Below, piece by piece: positions 59,352-64,000 of a DNA stretch of 64,000 nucleotides. Under the pieces are notes generated by a model. That model saw nothing but the letters and a program-made list of their open reading frames with translations, had not been told where the DNA came from and ran no database searches. The position numbers and the translations under genes were made by a program. Origin of the DNA: an uncultured Acidimicrobiaceae bacterium (GTDB lineage: Bacteria > Actinomycetota > Acidimicrobiia > Acidimicrobiales > RAAP-2); NCBI GenBank assembly GCA_963787525.1, contig CAWBDK010000005.1:1891331-1955330 (forward strand), given 5' to 3'. Each line of letters opens with the position of its first letter. Within the stretch, counting starts at the first letter, position 1.

Positions 59352-60515
59352 GTGACAGATCTCGGTGGCTTCGCGGAGCCCGGATACGGCCCGGTGGCCG
59401 ATGCGCTGGCGTCTACTTTCGATCACGGCGATCTGGGTGCCGGCTGCGCCCTCTACATCGACGGGCAGCCGGCCGTCGATCTGTGGGGCGGGGTGGCCGA
59501 CAAGGCGACAGGTCGGGCGTGGGACCGCGACACCTTGACCCTGGTGTTCTCCGTCACCAAGGGCGTGTCGTCCATCTGCGCCCACATGCTGGTCGAGCGG
59601 GGCCAGCTCGACCTCGATGCGCCCGTCACGACCTACTGGCCCGAATTCGGCGCCGCGGGTAAAGGGGCCACCACCGTCCGCGACGTTCTCAGCCACCGGA
59701 CCGGGCTGCCCGTGGTCGACGGCCCGGTCACGCTGGAGGACCTGGCCGACCCTGCCGGCATGGCCGCCCGCATCGCTGCCCAGGCACCGCTGTTCGAGCC
59801 CGGGACCCAGCACGTCTACCAGGCGGTGACCTTCAGCTGGACCTTCGGTGAGATCGTCCGGCGCATCACCGGTGAGACGGTGGCCGTGTTCGTCGCCCGG
59901 GAGCTCGCCGGTCCGCTGGAGCTCGACCTCTACATCGGGCTTCCCCCCGAGCTCGAAGCGCGGGTGGCGACGATTGAACCGCCCGACGCCCCGCCCGAGC
60001 TCGTCGCCCTGGTGTTCCCCGAGGACAGCCTTCCCTGGCGCGCCATCACACTGAACGGTTTGTTGCCGGTGACCATGGCCGGCGGTGAGCTCGGCTTCAA
60101 CTCTCCCGAGATCCATCAGGTCCAGCTGCCTGCCGCCAACGGCATCACCAACGCCCGGTCCCTGGCCCGCCTCTACGCCGCCACTATCGGCGGGGTCGAC
60201 GGCATCCGGCTGCTGCGTCCCGAGACCGTCGCGGCTGCCTCGGTGGTCCGCTCAGAGGGCAAGCCGTGGGGAGAGCCGTTCGACGGACCCACCTGGGGCA
60301 CCGGCTTCCTGCGGCCGTTCCCCCGCCAGCCCATGCTGGGCGGCGCGTCCTTCGGCCACGACGGCGCCGGAGGATCCATCGCCTTCGCCGACCCCGGCCT
60401 CGGTGTCGCATTCAGCCACGTCATCAACCGGATGGTCGCGACGCCCGAACAGGATCGACGCACGGCAGCGCTGACGGCCGCCGTAGGCGAGTGCGTCGAG
60501 CGCCGGTCTGCCTAA
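59352..60515 (+). CDS. serine hydrolase of the beta-lactamase/esterase (class C-like, EstA/LovD-like) family
   Basis: Intact from GTG: LVFSVTKGVSSICAHML (SxxK)...VLSHRTGLP...HVYQAVTFSWTFGEIV...FGHDGAGGSIAFADP (HxG-type motif III). Confidence 0.85.
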   Translation: MTDLGGFAEPGYGPVADALASTFDHGDLGAGCALYIDGQPAVDLWGGVADKATGRAWDRDTLTLVFSVTKGVSSICAHMLVERGQLDLDAPVTTYWPEFGAAGKGATTVRDVLSHRTGLPVVDGPVTLEDLADPAGMAARIAAQAPLFEPGTQHVYQAVTFSWTFGEIVRRITGETVAVFVARELAGPLELDLYIGLPPELEARVATIEPPDAPPELVALVFPEDSLPWRAITLNGLLPVTMAGGELGFNSPEIHQVQLPAANGITNARSLARLYAATIGGVDGIRLLRPETVAAASVVRSEGKPWGEPFDGPTWGTGFLRPFPRQPMLGGASFGHDGAGGSIAFADPGLGVAFSHVINRMVATPEQDRRTAALTAAVGECVERRSA

Positions 60516-60603
60516 AGGTCTGGCCGGAGAGGCGTTCGTTCACGCGCCGCCCGGCAGGCAAGGTTTGGGACATGGGATGGCGCGGCGCACGGGCGACTCG
60601 TCA

Positions 60604-63600
60604 TCAGACGCCGAGCAGGTCCAGCGCCTCCGCGAATTCGGGGCTCGAGGAATTGGGAGGGAACCGCTCGAGCACGGCGCGGATCCGGTCAGTCCAATCC
60701 GCCGGGCGGTCGTCGTGGGGAAGCCGGGCCAGGTCGTTCGCCGCCCGCAACGCCAGGACGAGTGAACCCTGGGCCAGGCCGATCTCGATGGCGGTGACGA
60801 GATCCTTGACCACCTCGTCCATCCGGTCCGGAAACGCAGCAGTCGTGATCTCGGCGCGCAGGCGCAGCAAGTCAGGCTGGTGGACCAGCTCCCCTGACGT
60901 GCGGGTTCGGTCCATGGCGTCGTCGAGCGCACGGAGCGCCGGCTCGGCGTCCCCGTGGAAGTGGTGGTTCTGAGCCACGATGCCGAGGTACGTCGGACGG
61001 AACGCCGCGTGGCCGACGAGATCCATCCCCGCTCCGTACTCCTCGAGCTCCGCCACGTCACAGGGCCGGCCGGGCTCGGGCATCAGGACGTACTGGCGGC
61101 CGAGCAGCTGGAAGTAGTCGAATCGGCATCGTTCTGCGATCTCGATCGTGCGCCGCCCGAACTCGCGCGCCTCAGCCGGATTGCCCGTGATCATCCGGAT
61201 CCAGGCCAGATAGACCGCGACGAAGACCGCACTGAACGGACCGGACGGGAAGTCGAGCTCCTCCGCGGTGGCGAGAGCCCGTCGCTCCCACAGCGCGCTC
61301 TCCTCCGTACGGCCCCGCAGCGCGGCGACGCAGGCGAGCGCGACCGCCGTAACCGGCACGGGGTCGTGCGGGAGGGGCCAGAACGGGGAGGCGGCCGCAT
61401 CGACCGACCGCGAGCGGTACCCCTCCCACGCCTCGAGGAGCCATCGGTCGGCCTCGTCGAGCCGGCCTTGGTAGAACGCGCCGTAGCCCATGCAGGACTT
61501 GATCTCGGGGGCGAACCAGGCTGTCGCGGGGTCGTCGAGCACGTCGGTCAAGGGTTCGAGCACCACGCCGGCAGCGTCAACGGAGCCGCGTACCAGCAGA
61601 TAGCTCCAGATTCCGACCTGAGCCGGCATGATCTCGGGGCGGTTCGTGAGCCTCCGGCAGATCTCCTCGGCAATCGTGAAGTCCTCGAACACCTCGGGAT
61701 AGCCGTACCCGAAGAGAGAACTCGTACTGACGGTGCGTTGCGCCCGGATCATGAGCTCGGTCAGATCCCGCTCGTCGCCCTCGGGCGTCGTTGCCGCCAG
61801 CTCCAGCGCGCGGTCGAGTTGTCGGCGGGCTTCGGTGTGGCTGGCCGTCGACTGCGCCGCCTGAGCCGCCGCGACGTAGGCCGGAATTGATTGCGAGACG
61901 TCGCCTGCCAGGTCCCAGTGTTGGGCCACGACGGCGAGATCGCCGGGTGAGGCCGCACGGGAGCCGAGGAGTTCCGCGATACTGCGGTGGGTCTCCTGGC
62001 GGGTGGGCCGGACCTGCGTCTCGTAGGCGGCGTCGCGCAGGAGGCCATGCCGGAAGCGCCACCGTCCGAGCCGGACCTCAAGGACCGTCTCAATGAGCGC
62101 GGCGTCCTCGAGACGGGCCAGCGCTTCGTCGACCGCCCGCCCAGCCAACTGGCGTAGCGGCTCCTCGTCGAACTCGGCGCCGAGCGTGGCCGCCAGTTGC
62201 GCGACGCGCAGGTCGATACCGGGAGCCCGGAGACGCGCCGTGAGGATCTCGTGGATCCGGGGAGGAAGCACTTCACCGGGATCGGCGCTGACCGCGCTGC
62301 GGGTCAGCTCCTGGAGGAAGAGGGGGAGACCGGCGCCGCGCTCGACGATCAGGCGACGCTGCTTCGAATCCAGCTCGCCGTCGGTCAGCGCGGCGACCAG
62401 CCCCACCGCCTCCTTCTCCGTGAGCGGTTCCAACTCGATGTCGAGAACCGACGACGCCCATGGCGCATCGAGCGGGAGCCGGCTCGTGATCAGGATCATT
62501 GTGCCGGAGAGGCGCTCGGCCGCCAGGAGCCCCAGCAGGTCGACGGTGGTGGGGTCAGCCCAGTGGAGGTCCTCGACCAACACCAAGGTCGGTGTCGACG
62601 CGGCCGTGTGGGCGAGCCAGGCGACCAGGGTCCCGAGCGTCTCTTGGCGGAGCGCCAGTGCGTCCACCTCCGGGCGCGACCACTGCTCGGTGGCGAGTCC
62701 GAGCAGAGGGGCCAGCAAGGGCAGGGTGTCCCTCTCGAGACCGGCATCGTCCAGTTGGGTCACGAATTGGGCGAGCCGCTCCTCCTCCGGCTGGTCCGGG
62801 TAGAACCCGAGGAGTTGCTCGAGCATGCGCCCGACGGGCCACAGCGCGACGTTGCCGTGATAGGGCGAACAGTGGGCCTCGAGCACGGCACCGCCCTCGA
62901 GGTGCACGTGCGCGGCGAGCTCTCCGGCCAGCGCCGACTTCCCGATGCCGGAAACGCCACGAACGACAACGACAGCCTGCTCGGGTCGCACGGCGCCCTC
63001 AGTGGCGTGGACGAGGCGCTTCCAGGTGAAACGGAGGAGGCGGCTCTGATTCTCGCGGCCGACCAGGGCCACCGACTCGGGCAGCCTTTGACCCGATTGC
63101 GCAACGGCCTGGTTCGACCGCACCACGTGGTGCAGTTCCATCGGACGGGCGATTCCCTTCAGCGTTCGCGTTCCCATCGGTTTCAGCTCGAAATGCGATT
63201 CGACGAGCTGTCTCGTGGTGTCGCTGATGACCACGGTGCCGGGCTCCGCCTCCCCCTGCAGACGCGCCGTCACGTTGGGGGCCGAGCCCGCGAGGGCGGA
63301 GCCGTCGAGGACCCCCGACGCCAGCCCGGCGACCACGACGGTGCCCGAGTGGACACCCACACGGATCGCCGGCTCGATGCGGTGACGACGATTCAGTTCC
63401 GTAGCTGCGTGCGCCATGCGTTCGATAAGCCGAAGCGCAGCCAGGACCGCGCGCCGCGCGTCGTCCTCGTGGGCGATGGGGTAGCCGAAGCACGCCACGA
63501 CGCCGTCACCCTGGAACTGGAGCACGCGACCGCCCAGTTCCTCGATGGTCTCCGCCGCCACCCGTCGGTAGAGGACGAAGACGTCCTGGACGACCTCCGG

Positions 63601-63885
63601 CTCGGCCACGTCCGCCATGTCGGTCGACTGGACGATGTCGGCGAACACCAGGCTGACGAACGCCCTCTGGCCTCCGGGGAGCGAACGTTCGAGCGTCGCC
63701 CGCTCGATCATCGCAGCGGCGCGCCGGTTCGGAGGATCGACGGCCAACACGTCGTCAGCGAGCTCCACCACGCGGTCCCAGGTGCCGAGAGACGCAGCGG
63801 CATCCATGGACGTGAGAAGCCGATCGATCAGCAGCGACAGGCGTTCATCCGCCGACACCGCCTGCCGTTCCGAGGCCGATGTCAT
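60604..63885 (-). CDS. class III adenylate/guanylate cyclase fused to an AAA/STAND ATPase and a TPR-like C-terminal region (1093 aa)
   Basis: Intact. The cyclase region is RAFVSLVFADIVQSTDMA...LQFQGDGVVACFGYP...IRVGVHSGTVVVAG...GSAPNVTARLQGEAEPGTVVIS. The P-loop is VVVRGVSGIGKSALAGEL, with ...LVLVEDLHWADPTT (Walker B) and a long helical repeat region. Confidence 0.88.
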   Translation of the reverse strand: MTSASERQAVSADERLSLLIDRLLTSMDAAASLGTWDRVVELADDVLAVDPPNRRAAAMIERATLERSLPGGQRAFVSLVFADIVQSTDMADVAEPEVVQDVFVLYRRVAAETIEELGGRVLQFQGDGVVACFGYPIAHEDDARRAVLAALRLIERMAHAATELNRRHRIEPAIRVGVHSGTVVVAGLASGVLDGSALAGSAPNVTARLQGEAEPGTVVISDTTRQLVESHFELKPMGTRTLKGIARPMELHHVVRSNQAVAQSGQRLPESVALVGRENQSRLLRFTWKRLVHATEGAVRPEQAVVVVRGVSGIGKSALAGELAAHVHLEGGAVLEAHCSPYHGNVALWPVGRMLEQLLGFYPDQPEEERLAQFVTQLDDAGLERDTLPLLAPLLGLATEQWSRPEVDALALRQETLGTLVAWLAHTAASTPTLVLVEDLHWADPTTVDLLGLLAAERLSGTMILITSRLPLDAPWASSVLDIELEPLTEKEAVGLVAALTDGELDSKQRRLIVERGAGLPLFLQELTRSAVSADPGEVLPPRIHEILTARLRAPGIDLRVAQLAATLGAEFDEEPLRQLAGRAVDEALARLEDAALIETVLEVRLGRWRFRHGLLRDAAYETQVRPTRQETHRSIAELLGSRAASPGDLAVVAQHWDLAGDVSQSIPAYVAAAQAAQSTASHTEARRQLDRALELAATTPEGDERDLTELMIRAQRTVSTSSLFGYGYPEVFEDFTIAEEICRRLTNRPEIMPAQVGIWSYLLVRGSVDAAGVVLEPLTDVLDDPATAWFAPEIKSCMGYGAFYQGRLDEADRWLLEAWEGYRSRSVDAAASPFWPLPHDPVPVTAVALACVAALRGRTEESALWERRALATAEELDFPSGPFSAVFVAVYLAWIRMITGNPAEAREFGRRTIEIAERCRFDYFQLLGRQYVLMPEPGRPCDVAELEEYGAGMDLVGHAAFRPTYLGIVAQNHHFHGDAEPALRALDDAMDRTRTSGELVHQPDLLRLRAEITTAAFPDRMDEVVKDLVTAIEIGLAQGSLVLALRAANDLARLPHDDRPADWTDRIRAVLERFPPNSSSPEFAEALDLLGV

Positions 63886-63965
63886 CGCGTCGGCCTCCGC
63901 ACGGCCCCGCGGCCACTCGCCTCGGAGCTGCTGAGCGGCTCGTCCCGGTCGCCAGCGTTCGTCAT
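63882..63965 (-). CDS. possible 27-codon upstream ORF translationally coupled to the cyclase gene
   Basis: AGGAGGCGGC-ATG encodes MTNAGDRDEPLSSSEASGRGAVRRPTR*, and its TGA overlaps the cyclase ATG (ATGA at 63882-63885). The good RBS is the only other support. Confidence 0.25.
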   Translation of the reverse strand: MTNAGDRDEPLSSSEASGRGAVRRPTR

Positions 63966-64000
63966 GCCGCCTCCTGCGTGTTGGGCAGCTCTTTTGACCC

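Noticed and set aside
60604-63885. The STAND ATPase protein as a candidate antiphage (Avs-like) defence gene.
   Set aside because: The N-terminal domain is a class III nucleotide cyclase with intact-looking catalytic motifs, and the overall layout matches the known actinobacterial cyclase-ATPase-TPR regulators. There is no nuclease or other effector and no neighbouring defence genes.

Overview
High-GC (~70%) actinobacterial chromosome segment. The gene content fits Actinomycetota, possibly Acidimicrobiia-like, but I cannot verify the taxon here. It opens with the conserved ssb-rpsR-rplI-dnaB block and runs through about 55 genes of mixed housekeeping and accessory function. These include a TetR/MFS pair, amidohydrolase and aldolase genes, a split LigD-type repair module (primase-polymerase, HhH-PHP, ATP ligase), WS/DGAT plus patatin, and one IS3-family insertion with clean inverted repeats and a 4-bp target duplication. 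Further on come an ABC-2 exporter with a two-component system, a Liv-type ABC uptake operon, a MacB/FtsX exporter, a GH36 alpha-galactosidase, a large DUF11-repeat surface protein and a 1093-aa cyclase-STAND-TPR regulator. I found no rRNA, tRNA or CRISPR array. Major caveat: about 40 conserved genes or gene parts need +/-1 frame changes to stay in frame, including the essential dnaB and rpsR. The assembly therefore probably carries many indel errors, and the boundaries of affected genes are approximate. The most interesting candidate is a tightly coupled minus-strand cluster at 6187-11126. It combines a membrane-anchored CxxC thioredoxin-fold protein, an unknown protein, a MauE/DoxX-type membrane protein and a CcdA-like membrane protein. 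They surround a Tat-signal protein with 28 cysteines in about 170 residues, fused to six 42-aa propeller-like repeats. This is mau-like logic (methylamine dehydrogenase maturation) without MauB or MauG. Other points worth a second look are an MFS-LivF-LivG triple fusion inside the Liv operon, a PHP domain inserted between primase-polymerase and ligase, three DnaA-box-like 9-mers upstream of dnaB, and three TGTTAACA palindromes in an 830-bp intergenic region upstream of the surface-protein gene.
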